From: Eledone cirrhosa
Lineage: Eukaryota
Assembly: GCA_964016885.1 (NCBI GenBank)
Contig: CAXHJY010000072.1
Span: 7,555 to 71,554, forward strand
Reading direction: 5' to 3'
DNA: 64,000 nt
In this document: positions 16,790-30,526 of the stretch, piece by piece
Position numbering within the stretch: position 1 is the first letter of the stretch
Layout: the number at the start of each line of letters is the position of its first letter
Made by a program: the position numbers and the translations under genes
The notes under the pieces: model-generated
Seen by the model: only the letters and a program-made list of their open reading frames with translations
The model's database searches: none
Told to the model about the DNA's origin: nothing

Positions 16790-16980
16790 AATTGTTTCTA
16801 CTTTTGGCACAAGGCCAGCAATTATCCCAGTGTATTACTGGTACTTTATTTTATCGACCCCGTAAGGATGAAAGACAAAGTTAACCTCGGCACGATATGA
16901 ACTCAGAATGGCAAGGACCATAATTCTATGCTGCAAAGCATGACGTCCGACCCTCTACCGATACTGCCAATCCAACGCCC
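16790..16980 (-). mobile_element. SINE family A
   Basis: Homology to 11155-11350. Confidence 0.85.
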
Positions 16981-16985
16981 TTAAT

Positions 16986-17502
16986 CTCCTTATAATATAT
17001 AACCAGAAATTTCTCTGTCTGTCTGTCCGACAGTGGAAACACGTGCGCGCGTGCGAATGTTTTTTGCGCACGCGTAGAGAGAGAGTGAAAGAAAAAAACA
17101 GACTACGAGAGGGGGATAGCGAGAGGGAGAGAGTGAATAGACGCTAAAACACTTGCGCTAGGGCGAATGCTTTTTGCGCACGCGTAGAGAGAGAGTGAGA
17201 GTGAAAGAAAGAGACAGACTACAAGAGGGGGATAGCGGGAGGGAGAGAGGGGGGAATTGAGGAGTGCTACAGAAACATATATACATTTCTGTGTGTGTGT
17301 AATAAATATATATACACACACACAGAAATATATATATATATATACACACAGAAATATATATACATTTCTGTGTGCGTAATATATATAATATATATATATA
17401 TACAGATATACACACACAGAAATATATATACATTTCTGTGTGTGTATATATATATATATATATATACTAGCAGAAAACCACCCGATGGGCGGTTTTCTGC
17501 TA
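16986..17502 (+). mobile_element. Non-autonomous Helitron-like element H1
   Basis: Starts tc..ttataatatataaccag; ends in hairpin ctagcagaaaaccacccgatgggcggttttctgCTAG; second copy at 40784-42608. Confidence 0.65.
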
Positions 17503-17644
17503 GTCATATAATTTAATGAGAGAAAGGGACAGACTGGGATACACAAAGTCTGATAGGTATGTTTATTTTGAGTGAGGTGAGTGATTTTTGTCATAACAAT
17601 ACATACGTCTGCTTCGGAGTCACAGACACATATTCAACGATGGA

Positions 17645-17993
17645 AATAATTGTTTCTACTTTTGGCACAAGTCCGAGCAAATTAACCAGTATATTACTGG
17701 TACTTTATTTTATCGATCCCGTAAGGATGAAAGGCAAAGTTAAACTCGGCGGGATTTGAACTCGGAATGGCAAGGGCCGTAACTCTATGCTACAAAGCAT
17801 GGCGTCCGACCCTCTACCGATACTGCCGATGAAATAATGTTCCCCAACATAGCCTCAGCATTGCTGCAACACGTGATGGAATATAACATAACTATTTATA
17901 ATATTGTTTCTACTATTGGCACAAGGCCAGAAATTACGCAGTACATTACTGGTACTTTATTTTATCGACCCCGTAAGGATGAAAGACAAAGTT
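17645..17993 (-). mobile_element. Two SINE family A copies (17645-17830; 17900-17993 partial)
   Basis: Homology to family A. Confidence 0.82.
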
Positions 17994-18945
17994 ATAATAT
18001 TACAAATTTATTTGTATTACATATCAAAACATGCATTTATTGATTCAGTTTATTGTATCCTCGATGTGAATTATAATTGTATTTGCAATGAAATCGTTTT
18101 GGATCTGCCCCCTCTCTTATCATTGACGCTCGCACTCTAATATTTTTGACAGAAACATATCGTAATGCTTTTGACAGAATATACGGATTTCTATCACGGA
18201 AATATTGATTTTAAATCAACGTTCCTCGAGCATTTTAATGAAGGATGATTGCATTATTATTGCCTATAATATAATTGTTACTGCTTTTATTTCTTACGAG
18301 ACTTCATTGCTACGTTTTATCCCTTTATGTAATTTAAATAATATTTGTGACGACAAATGTCTCGTGTGAATATTTGTTTAGGCGGAAACAAAGCTGAACA
18401 TATCTTCTTGAAATGGAAGATCATAATTTATCTTCCTCCATACCTGAACAAGATTTATGCTGCCTTTTCATTTCATCCACTTATATAGATAACGTCATTT
18501 ATTGCATGTTAACAGCTTCTCGGTGTGTGCTTTTAAACGCATTAAACACGCAAATCCCGTCTTTTATAAACCGAATACAATCCATATTTCAATTACAGTT
18601 ATCTTATATCCTGTAGGACATACGATAGAATTGAAGCAGATACAATATAAGTTTTGATTTTCGTTTTTGTTTTACACCACATAATACGTTTCGGAGAGGA
18701 ACATTCTGGAAATGTGTTATAGAAAGACAGCAACATGTTAATAAGATCAACATTACCGTCATAAAATGTAGAGATTTATTGATAATGGCTGTCTTAGCTT
18801 TCATAAAAAAGAATTTAATTTTAACTGTGTAATAGAAGATAGAATAAAATAACTAAATATGTAAATCTGAGGAAGAGAAGGAATATTTGGAGGGAAAGCG
18901 GACAATTATGATGTAACTAGAATTATTTTTCCATATCCCGACGCG

Positions 18946-19001
<56 letters not shown>

Positions 19002-19040
19002 GGGGTGTGTGTGTGTTTGCGCGCGCATAACCATACATTT

Positions 19041-19211
19041 ATCTATCTATATCTAAGGCGGGTACAATTCCCGAGATCCATGGACGAGTTCTCTCCAGCG
19101 GTCTCTGTCCCTCATTATCGCTGCCATGTCCTGCGTCTCCAACAGACCAGTGTCTGACCTTAGGGCATCAACATACGTCAACCTTGGTCTTCCCTCTTCC
19201 AGTATGTCCAT
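19041..19211 (-). mobile_element. RTE LINE 3' fragment
   Basis: Reverse complement of 57237-57405 including the (TAGA)n tail. Confidence 0.9.
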
Positions 19212-19899
19212 ATAAACGTACAAACACAGACGCTCTTACGAAAATACACACTCACGGACATACATTGACACAAACACACACACATACATTCACACTTTCA
19301 CCATCTCATTCCTTCCCTTTACACGCACATACATTCACGAAGGCAAGACGCGTAAAGAGAGAGGAGTAGTATGAGGTAATCGAAGTACTCCTCTCACTTT
19401 AAGTGTTGTGACAGAATCGCATGAATTTATATATAGATCGTATTAAGCTCGACACCAATGATTAAATGGAAGCAAATACATGACACCTTATTATGATGCG
19501 AGTGTGTGACAGAGACTATAGTGACATGTGACATCGTGTAGGGATATTGAGACAAGGATATATTCTTATACTCTGGTAGGATATTTCTTGTACCTTGACA
19601 TATGTATTGTGTATCAGAGACTATAGTTACGAAAGAAATCACCTCAAGGTAATTTGTATATTTTACATCAGGTTTCACGACGATAAAAGTTTCATTAGTG
19701 ATGCAACTAATAAGAAGAAAGCTCATTTGAAACCGTCTTTACATATCACAGCCCAGTAGTTTATATAATCTTTATTTTTTAGCTGCTTGTACTCTTTATT
19801 TTAACTATAAATCTGTAAAGTAGTTTTGATTTGGTCACATTTTCTCATATGTTTCGTACTTCATTGCCTCCTTACCGACAACTGACGCTGTACTCCATG

Positions 19900-20037
19900 T
19901 CCGAACACAGTTGCCGAATTCCCGCTGTCATCGCCTCCATCTCTCCGGCCATCCCTATCTCTCTGTATTATGAGCAAATGGTGTACCACGTGCTGGCCGC
20001 CCCACCGCCCTGGCGGTCAGAATGGAGAACGCGTTTC
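19900..20037 (-). mobile_element. CRE-like 3' fragment
   Basis: Homologous to 34620-34740. Confidence 0.5.
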
Positions 20038-20062
20038 TGATTTAGATACAAGTCCAACACAC

Positions 20063-20246
20063 TTGGGGTGGGAAAAGTCAATTAAACCGATCCCAGTATG
20101 TTACTGCTACTTTATTTTATCGACCCGGTAAAGTTGAAAGACAAAGACAACTTCGGCGGGATTTGAAATCAGAACGGAAAGGGCCGTAACTCTATGCTAA
20201 AAAGCATATTTTCCGACGCACTTCTGATACTGCCAATCCACTGCCT
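20063..20246 (-). mobile_element. SINE family A, diverged
   Basis: Homology to family A. Confidence 0.75.
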
Positions 20247-20525
20247 TTAGTAGCTTACATAATGCGATAGTAATGTGAATTCATTTAGACACGAATTTAT
20301 ATCAAATCTTATTTGTACTTTAAATTCGCCAATCATGAATAAATATGTTTTTTTATTGTTGTTCTTGAGAGTGGATCAGTAAAAATTAAACAGAATAAGT
20401 CTTCATCTACATGGAGAATGTAAGATTTACATTGAAGCAGCCACTTAACCTAAGATTGAAATTATTCATTCTTAATTTTATTGGTGGTAGTTTAGGAGTA
20501 TCAGGGACAGGAAACAGAGCAAAGG

Positions 20526-21062
20526 AAGTATTTTTTAAAACAATGGGCTCTGAATCATTTTCGCATGTAGAAAATATTAATTAACATATAACAATGCTAA
20601 TATTTCAGTCTTCCATACATGACAGAAGGAAACAAAACGAGGAGACTTAAAAAGAGGTACGGAGAGAGAGAGAAAGAGAGACGGGATTTGAAATAAGAAA
20701 ATATTCTTACCTTCTACTTAGTATTGTTTCAATCGCTATTTGTTATTTAATACAATAAGTAACACAATCCAAGCACGATAAAATCAAAAGAAAAGTATTT
20801 TTTAAAACAATGGGCTCTGAATCATTTTCGCATGTAGAAAATATTAATTAACATATAACAATGCTAATATTTCAGTTTTCCAAACATGACAGAAGGAAAC
20901 AAAACGAGGAGACTTAAAAAGAGATACGGAGAGAGAGAGAGAAAGAGAGACGGGATTTGAAAGAAGGAAATATTCTTACCTTCTACTTAGTATTGTTTCA
21001 ATCGCTATTTGCTATTTAACACAATAAGTAACACAATCCAAGCACGATAAAATCAAAAGAAA
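20526..21062. repeat. Direct tandem duplication of about 267 bp
   Basis: caatgggctctgaatc at 20541 and 20808. Confidence 0.92.
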
Positions 21063-22115
21063 AAACAAAACAAAAGACCAGAACAAAAGCAAAGAAGTAG
21101 AATTATTGCAATAAAGAACACACAATACTGCAAATATTTAATTCAGCTACTGTAATTCCAATGTAATTCTATATAACAGGTTGTTATATAGATAGCGTGT
21201 GAAATTATATAAATATCAATATAGAAGAAAACACAACACAATCTGTAATAAAGTGTTTCTATATAGAATGAACGTAATAAATAAATAAATAAATGACAAA
21301 GGAATTGCTGTGGAACTAATACAATAAATATTGCATTACATTCAAACTAAATCACATATTGAATAATAGTGATTGTAGTTGACTAAGTCACGCGACAAAT
21401 ATTGTGTACATACGATGTTTATGTTATATTTTATATACGAAAGTGTATTGCTTCAGCACATATCTGGAGAATTTGTTGGGTGTCTATCAGCATGCTGAAT
21501 ATAGAACCACTAACATCTCACTCAAATCAAATCCTACCGCGTAGCAAGAAAAAGAAAACGAAAAAAGAAAAAAACGTTGAGTAACTGGATCTTAAATAAC
21601 GTGCCAAAAATGGCGAATGAAATACTTTTGACCAATATATCTGTTTTATCTAATCTGACCTATAACAAAACAAAAACCAATTTTGTCCACGCGTCACAAA
21701 CATTGATGTAATATATACATCTATACTTGGTATGTTAGAAATACCAGTGAAATTACAGTAATATCATACCCGAGCCTCTTTAAATAGGACAGTAAAGTTC
21801 TAAAGTATACAATTGCATATGTGTTAGATATGACATTTATCGAAGAGATGCTGGCATATATGCTTGTCAGAAACTGAAATGTCAAAAATGTCTTCAATGG
21901 CAGGTATATGAAAAACAAATACAAAATATATCTTTTATTTACATATAAATACCAGTCTGATGAAAACGCATCGAATAACTGTTGCATAACGATGATTTTG
22001 ATGTCATTAAAATGTATATAATGGGCATGATGTAATGAAATGCACTGATTTTGAATATGTGATTACTTCTCTCTTGCATTTTTTAATATATGTACTCAAT
22101 ACCGAAGTATAGTTT

Positions 22116-22266
22116 TAATATTCATTTATATTAAAGCTAAAAAGCGAGTCTTTGTTACTCTGGAGTTTCACCTACTTATCACAGGGTGATCATACACAAG
22201 TTCTCTGCTGACGACCCTGTGACACTCCAAAGTAACAAGACTTTCTTTTTAGTCTCAATATAAATG

Positions 22267-22272
<6 letters not shown>
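22116..22272. mobile_element. Fold-back element with hammerhead remnants (F3)
   Basis: Diverged inverted arms; combining them gives CTGACGA-ccctgtgataagtaggt-GAAA-ctc-ca-gag-TA^acaaag. Confidence 0.55.
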
Positions 22273-22333
<61 letters not shown>

Positions 22334-22339
22334 AACATA

Positions 22340-22545
22340 GAAGAAAACAGTCAGGACGCCGACGGGTGTACTCCGGCGGTTTCGGCAGCTAGATCTAAAC
22401 TAATTCGGATATAGCTGTCGAAACGGCCGGAGCTCAGCCGTCAGGGTCCTGACTCTTTTGCTATTACCTACTCTACTATTCTAAGTATTGAGCACTCTGG
22501 TGCATCATGGTCCACCTGGTATCTTACCACACCCTTTTTGCTTAT
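22340..22545 (+). mobile_element. Fold-back family F1, diverged copy
   Basis: gtcgaaacggccggagctcagccgtc...ggtccacctggtatcttaccac. Confidence 0.7.
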
Positions 22546-23146
22546 ACAATCATATATAAATACATAGTTAAATGTGAGAGTGTGCATGTTCGTGAATGTT
22601 TAAGTTAGTTTAACTTCATGACGGCCATAATGAAATGTGAGAAACCTTTAAGAGAAAAGATTACAAAATAACTGACAGAATGTTATATCTATATTAAATA
22701 TCTGTCTGTAAAAATATGTTTTGGCATGTTTAAAAAATATTCTTAGGTGAGAATGACCTTCAAATTTCATTTTATATTATATATATGTATGTGTGTATTT
22801 TAATTATTTAAAAATTATTTTTTAGTGAATTGACCCAACGGGTCACTGGTGGTCTAGTATATTACTAAAATTCTGTGATTGCTTGCTTGCCTGTCTGTAA
22901 TGTAATACAGCCAAAAGGGTGCATAATGGGAAAATACTTTGAAAGGAATTTCCCTGTCAAATGGGGATACACATGGAATAAAACAAGTTTCGCGTAAATC
23001 GGACCACGGGGTCCCAAGATATGGATTTTTTTCCGGGTACCTTCATAAGAGAAATAGATAGTGGTTGTGAGAGACGAGATTGAACGAGAGACATAGAGGG
23101 AGAGGAGACAAAGAAGGAGAATGGAAGAGAGAGCTGGTGGTGTTGT

Positions 23147-23203
<57 letters not shown>

Positions 23204-23390
23204 ATGCGTATATATATACATGCGTTTGTGTGTGTGTGTCTATGACCAGTATATATGGATCACAGACATCAACATATATATATACACATGCATATATATA
23301 TATATATATTTTCGTTGACAAATATATCAATGTGCCCAGACACGCAGATATGAAGTAGCTTGATGGAGCATGCAACTATTGATATACTCT

Positions 23391-23452
23391 TGTTTATAGG
23401 CTCTGATGATACCTGCCTTAGGGTACGGATGAAACACTGTTAGCTAATAAAA
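23391..23452 (+). ncRNA. Minimal hammerhead
   Basis: ggct-CTGATGA-tacc...ggat-GAAAC-act-GTT^agct. Confidence 0.6.
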
Positions 23453-23500
23453 CAATGTATTTCTAAGCACTCTTTAGTTATTCCTAAACCTATATATATA

Positions 23501-23542
<42 letters not shown>

Positions 23543-23585
23543 CATACACACGTATATATATGGGCCTTCCAGTTTTATTTCACAC

Positions 23586-24364
23586 TAGCAGTAAAGCCCG
23601 GCGTTGCTCGGGGTCGCTCAGTAGCTGTGTTAAAGTTACAATGTTAAGTTTCTTTTTTGGCTTAAAAACTGTAATGTCTACTGTGCAGACTTGCATGTGG
23701 TGTTTTTGATTAATATTTCCTCAACCAACAATATGTCTTATGAAGTTAAGAAAACATAACGATAACCCGAATGTTATAACAAAAGAGGATGCTGGGGATA
23801 AAAACTGCACTGGTTATTTATTAACAAAGATCGAAAATGTAAACACTGCAACGCAGAGAAAAACATTAGCGTAACCAAATTATCAGTTATGTCTGTCTGC
23901 ACGCCTATATCACCTCTCTGCACGACTGTCTGTCTGCACGCCTGAAATATTTGCTTGTTTTACGTAGTCTTTAAATAGACTTGTTTTCAAGTAAAAATAT
24001 TGTTTAAAATGCTTTTAAATGGAAATGAAGCAAAACGGAAGCTTAGTGTTCGAACTGATGAATTTTGCAGGTCAATATTTTGCTGGCTCGACAACTGTTC
24101 GAGCCAGCGTAATTTTTTACGTAAGACGCTCAATGTAAACAGAACAAAGGGAAATAACTGATAACTTACGCTCAAAAATCGATACATTATATTCGATTTC
24201 GTCACATAGGGCGGGTCAATTTGAAATATTTTTTTTCCGATGTCTTCGCTAGGGCTCAATGTATAAGTATAGCAATTTCGGTGCAATTCCGTGAGAGATT
24301 CTAAGAGGAGATGTGTGCCAAAAATCGATAGACAGACAGACAACCACAGTTTTATATATATAGA
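23586..24364 (-). mobile_element. Non-autonomous Helitron-like element
   Basis: Minus strand starts TCtatatatataaaactgtggttgtctgtctg and ends cccgagcaacgccgggctttactgCTAG. Confidence 0.7.
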
Positions 24365-24899
24365 TTATAAACATGTCTGTGTATATTTTAATTATGTAAA
24401 TATTATTTTTAAGTGAACATGATTTAAAATAATATTTTGAAGTGAATGTCACGCATCGGGTCACGGGTGGTCTAGTTTTATATGAATTATTTCTAATGTT
24501 TCATAGCCTGATTGCCTTCTGTCTTCTACAACTAATTTTGTTAAGCAACATGTATTTAGACAAATAATTACCTTGGAATATAAAATACTGTTTAGTACTG
24601 CATCCTTACATTTAATATTTGATGTTCAGAGAACAAGATCAGATTAAGTACATATAATATGAGCGAAACGACATTTTTAGATATAAGCTTGTGTTAAAAC
24701 CTTGAAAAGCTAATTCAACAATACTTTATCGAGTTGCAGGAAATCTCTGCATAATTCTCTGTAATTTTCTATTATTTTCTATATTTATTGTAATTTAATA
24801 TTTCTATATCTTCGTGAAAATATATATCATAGTGAGGAAGAAATCTAAGAAATCTAAGAAATCTAAGAACAAATCTCATAGCTGCTATTTATTATTTTG

Positions 24900-25123
24900 T
24901 TGATATGTGTATATATAAATATAGATAGATAGATACATATGTGTGTGTGCGTGTAGTATATGTGTGTGTGTATAGTATATGTGTATGTGTGTGTAGTATA
25001 TGTGTGTGTGTGTATAGTATATATATATATGTGTGGGTATGTATATATATATATATGTGTGGGTATGTATATATATATATATATATGTGTATGTATATGT
25101 ATATATATATATATATGTGTGTA

Positions 25124-25164
<41 letters not shown>

Positions 25165-25335
25165 ATATATATATTTATATATATGTATATGTATATCTTT
25201 GTGTATATATATATATTTATATATATATGTATATGTATATATATGTATATATATGTATATATTTATATATATGTATATATTTATATATATGTATATATTT
25301 ATATATATGTATATATCTATATACATGTATATGTG

Positions 25336-25371
<36 letters not shown>

Positions 25372-25799
25372 TGTATATATGTGTGAGTATATATATGTGT
25401 GAATATATGTATATGTGTGTGTATATATATTTGTGTGTATATTTATATATGTATATGTATATATATATATACATTTATATATATATGTATGTATATATAT
25501 ATGTGTATATATGTATGTGTTTATTCACGTGTATATATGTATGTGTGCCTGTGTATATATATATTTGTGTTTATGTATATATATATATGTGTGCGTGTGT
25601 GTATATATACATATATATGTATGTGTATATATCTACGTATATATGCATGTGTATATATCTACGTATATATGTGTATATATGTACGTTTATATATGTGTAT
25701 ATATATGTGTGTATGTGTGTATATCTATATATCTATATATTTTCATGTGTATATATATACATGTGTATATATCTATGCATATATATGTGGGTGTATATA

Positions 25800-25839
<40 letters not shown>

Positions 25840-25888
25840 CGTGTATATATATATATATATTCACGTGTATATATATATATATATTCAC

Positions 25889-25929
<41 letters not shown>

Positions 25930-25930
25930 T
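24900..25930. repeat. Degenerate (TA)n/(TG)n microsatellite
   Basis: Directly visible. Confidence 0.92.
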
Positions 25931-26424
25931 TTCATATCATCATGCATAATTCATAGTATATTTACAATCTCTATGTATCTGCATATATTTATAAGATACT
26001 TTCTTTCGTAACTCGATCCCAATATGTTATTCGATATTGACAATAGAAAAATAAATAGATATTGACAATAGAAAAATAAATATACAAGTGAATGTTCAAG
26101 AACATAATAATGATAATAATAATAATAATAATAGTAATAAAAAAAGTACTAATAATAAATATAGTTGTAGAATTTGAGAAGTCAACTATTGCATTGTTTG
26201 TCATTATTCAGTGCAGTAGTATATTCTAAGTCTTTAATGTCGTCTGCTTCCAGATTGTTTTACGTTTCAGAAGGTTTATTTAGTGAACGTTTGTCCTCAA
26301 TTTTAAATTGCGTGGATAGAGATTACATTCGCTTGCGTGTTCTCTCACACTCTCTCTCCCTCTCTCTCTCCCCCTTTCTCTCTCTGATACTCTTACACGA
26401 TCTCTCTCCTCCTTATTCTCTCTC

Positions 26425-26509
<85 letters not shown>

Positions 26510-27016
26510 TTTCAACAACGTCAGTATTCCGTGTGTCATAAATCTCGATTATCATTGGTTCATAGGTTTCAAACGACCTCGCCCACCCCAGCGACGCCAA
26601 ACTGAAATTAATATGCATAATGCCAATGAGGGAGTGAGAGGGGAGAGTGTGAACGCTATATGTGTCAGTGTAGAGACATGTGTGTGTGTGATATGTGTGG
26701 AAATAAGAGGTGAAGGAAAGCAATAACTATTAACATGCGTGCGTGTGTATGTACGTGCGCGTATGTGTGTGTGCGTGCGTTCAGCGTTCCACAGAGAGTA
26801 AAAACTATCAACATGTGTGAGTGCGTGCGTGTGTAAGTTTGCGTGCGTGTGCGCGATTCCATGTGTGTATGTGGGTGGCGTTCCACAATCGCCACGCTGT
26901 TTATCTGTATGTGTGCCTGTCTGTCAGTCTAACATACACAGATTTGTGAAGGGAGTAAATAGGGACCTTTTTTTTACATTGACGGACATCTTTTATATTA
27001 ATTATCTATATCTATA

Positions 27017-27363
27017 TCTATATGTAATATAAAAGATTGGAAATTCAATCATCCTTTTGAGGAACGTGGAACAACCACGTCTATGCAATGATACACGTTT
27101 TACAGTCAGGCAGAAGATGAAGCATCTCCTAGAGGTCACTATTCTAGGTGGGAGCACCTAGAATTGTTCATATACTATGCACAAACGGTACAACGAAGAA
27201 TCTGGTATATCTGGAATATTTTTTTTACTGTTTTCTGTATCACACAGACACCACGGACTCGCCTCGTACTGTAACCAGGCAAACATCCAATACAGTCATT
27301 TTCTCTTTTACCTGTCTTCTCTTATCAACTGTTTACCCGGGCGAAGCTGGGTACGTCAGCTAG
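27017..27363 (+). mobile_element. Non-autonomous Helitron-like element
   Basis: TCtatatgtaatataaaag start; 3' hairpin acccgggcgaagctgggt followed by CTAG. Confidence 0.6.
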
Positions 27364-28037
27364 TATATATAAATTTGTATTCCTGTCTGATGTTTGTTTG
27401 TTTTTTCACGAACTACTCCTATGATTTTGGAGATAGATCCCCATAACCATATATATTCTGAAACTAAATTGCCCAGGGTACTTGGATATGTATATTTTAT
27501 TTTAATCAAAGGGTTCCCCGGAGACACAAAACCTCCGCGGAAACCCCCTCTGAAAATGTTTTCCCTTCGATTTATATGAAATTTAAACCGTAGGTAAATG
27601 ACAGGATCCGATGCCTATTCACAACATTTCAGCAAATTTCAATAATATTAAGACACCCTAATAGAGGTTAAACCCCCTATTAGAATTCCCCTGAGGTACA
27701 AACCTTCGCTGAAAATTCTTTCCTTTCCTTTCAATTCATATGAAATTTAAACCATAGCTAAATGACAAGATATGAAGCCTATTCACAAACATTTTGAATT
27801 AATATTTAAAAAAAATATATTTACAAGAAACAACATAAGAATAAGATTTAATAATGTAATTTTGATTTCATATATTACAAAAAATAATGTTTTCCAATTT
27901 TTCATGCATTGCATTTTAGATTGAGTAATATTGAAATGCAGAGTTTTTCTCCATAAATTATATCACTGATGTAAAATCAATCATCATTTTCTTACAAAAA
28001 AAATGTGTGAAACGCAATAAGGCGGGGGTAATTCGGC

Positions 28038-28101
<64 letters not shown>

Positions 28102-28106
28102 GTGTG

Positions 28107-28572
28107 TAGAAATAAACACAGTAAATTGTGTGTTTAAAATTATGAGGGATGAAATACCACATTGGTTTGATAAATTTAACCTGAAGCAAACGGAAAATAT
28201 AGAATAGATATACAGACCGTCTCAATAGCTATTTAATCTCTCGGACAGATTAGAGATTTTATCTGTTTCGCCTTGAAAATTGTGTTTGTAACAGATAATC
28301 CGTAGGCTTTACTCAGCGAGAGCTAAGATCAAATGGAACAAACACAAGGGGAGATATTCATTCGTGAGGCTTTTAGTTGTATGTGTTTCTTCAACACAAT
28401 TTTCAGGCCGAAACAGATTAAATCTCTAATCTGTCGAAGAGATGGAATAGTTATTGAGACGGTCTGTATATCTAGTCTATATTTTACGTTTGCTTCAGGT
28501 TAAATTTATCAAACCAATATGGTATTTAAACCCTCGTAATTTTAGACACACAATTTACTGTGTTTATTTCTA
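28107..28572. mobile_element. Fold-back element with ~180-bp arms and a hammerhead (F4)
   Basis: Arms 28107-28286 / 28393-28572; minus strand 28236-28322 reads ctctcg-CTGAGTA-..gcc...ggc-GAAA-cagat...atctg-TC^cgagag. Confidence 0.72.
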
Positions 28573-28587
28573 AATATATTATTATAT

Positions 28588-28777
28588 AATTGTTTCTACT
28601 ATTGGCACAAGGCCAGGAAATTACCCAGTACATTACTGGTACTTTATTTTATCGACCCCGTAAGGATGAAAGGCAAAGTTAACCTCGGCGGGATTTGAAC
28701 TCAGAATGGCAAGGGCCGTAACTCTATGCGTCAAAGCATGGCGTCCGAACCTCTACCGATACTGCCAATCCACCGCC
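28588..28777 (-). mobile_element. SINE family A, near full length
   Basis: A and B boxes plus body. Confidence 0.88.
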
Positions 28778-28887
28778 ATTATATATTATTATATAATGCT
28801 CAGTATTTATACTTTGAGCTTGTTAATTACAGGGTATCAATATGAGTTAGTAACTCTGTATTTTATTTGTATATATATATACTTTTG

Positions 28888-29326
28888 GGTGCAATGTCAA
28901 CTCTGGATGTCGGTGAGCATGTCCAGCTAACCTCGGTCTCCTCTGTGTCACTTTTGAGCTGACTTTTGGGATAATCCCATACAGCTCTGAGTTTTTCATC
29001 CTCAGTGTATACTGATTAATGTTCAGAGCCATCCTCAGCATTCTCGTGTAGCACTCATCCACCATCTGAGTGAGTTTCTTGGTCAGTGTCCAAGTCTCAG
29101 ACCCGTACAGCAGCACAGACTCCACTACAGCAATGAAGAGGCGGAATTTCCTGTGGGAGCCCCTACTAGAAGAGGAAGACCAAGGTTAACGTATGTTGAT
29201 GCCCTAAGGACAGACACTGGTCTGTTGGAGACGCAGGACATGGCAGCGATAATGAGGGAGAGAGACCGCTGGAGAGAACTCGTCCATGGATCTCGGGAAT
29301 TTTACCCGCCTTAGATAGATAGATAT
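28888..29326 (+). mobile_element. RTE LINE copy with 5' inversion
   Basis: 28888-29149 is the reverse complement of about 56950-57210; 29154-29326 is a direct copy of 57224-57405 with (TAGA)n. Confidence 0.88.
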
Positions 29327-29745
29327 ATACTTTTGATATATATATATATATCAAAAGTATATATTGAGTTTAAAACTCACAATAGTCCCTTATAATCAAA
29401 ATAGCTGAAGGAAAAAAAATGTTCCGAGCTTTATGATACAGTAAAGAGAGATGAAGACAGATATATGTGTTCAAATCACAAGGGACAGAATCCGCCAGGG
29501 TGAAGAAAATACTAACTAAAGTCGTATGGTTCACAGAACTCAATCAAAAGGATAAATTGAGATATACAAACCTGTAGAATTGTTTCTGTCCCTTGTGATT
29601 TGAACACATAATAGAACGGAAAATATATTTTAGGGTTTGTTTTTCTTTTTTTTCATCCTTTCTTTGATCCGTTAAAGTGACATTATTGAAAAAATGAAAG
29701 AGTTTCATAATGTATATAAAGTATAACTGGTTTGGATGTATTATT

Positions 29746-29915
29746 GTGGATTGGCAGTATCGGTAGTGGGTCGGGTGCCATGCTTTGCAGCACAGTTACG
29801 TCCCTTTACCGACTGAGTTAACTTTGCCTTTCATCCTTAAGGGGTCGATAACATAAAGTACCAGTAATACACTGGGTTAATTGCTGGCCTTGTGCCAAAA
29901 GTAGAAACAATTATT
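29746..29915 (+). mobile_element. SINE family A
   Basis: Homology to family A. Confidence 0.82.
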
Positions 29916-30095
29916 AAAATTCATCTTATCAAATGTTGAGTATTACAATTAAAAAGAATTAATAAGAATTAAAAACTAAGAATTAAAGATTTAAAATTAA
30001 GTGGTAAGTGTTGTTCATCTTCCTTGCTGAGAAGGAGACTGATAGATTCTGGTGTATAGAGAGAATGTAGTCATAAAGTAGCAGCAGCATACGTT

Positions 30096-30134
<39 letters not shown>

Positions 30135-30204
30135 TCATTTTCGTATTTGTGTGTCTTTACTGGACATTATTTCTGTTTCTTAATTGTGATCCGTCTCTAT
30201 TTGT

Positions 30205-30240
30205 ACTCCTGAAGAAGGGCTTAAACCCGAGACGTCGAAC
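30205..30240 (+). ncRNA. Degenerate minimal hammerhead
   Basis: CTGAAGA-aggg/cttaaa/ccc-GAGA-cg-TC; GAAA mutated. Confidence 0.4.
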
Positions 30241-30322
30241 TTGATTTTCTCTTTCCAATATAAAGCGTGAAACTAATAAGACTTTTTTGTACCTCTGTTT
30301 GTTGTCTCCTTGAACTATATAA

Positions 30323-30509
30323 AATAATAATTGTTTCTACTTTTGGCACAAGGCCAGCAATTATCCCAGTGCATTACTGGTACTTTATTTTATCGACCCC
30401 GTAAGGATGAAAGGCAAAGTTAACCTCGGCGGGATTTGATCTCAGAATGGCAAGGGCCGTAACTCTATGCGTCAAAGCATGGCGTCCGACACTCTACCGA
30501 TACTGCCAA
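30323..30509 (-). mobile_element. SINE family A
   Basis: Homology to family A. Confidence 0.87.
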
Positions 30510-30526
30510 TAATAATGATAATAAGA

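Noticed and set aside
18604-18804. Short ORF with a hydrophobic segment (possible exon)
   Set aside because: No recognisable homology or convincing splice context
29464-29610. 27-bp inverted repeat pair
   Set aside because: Single copy with no TSD or ribozyme core; cannot be classified
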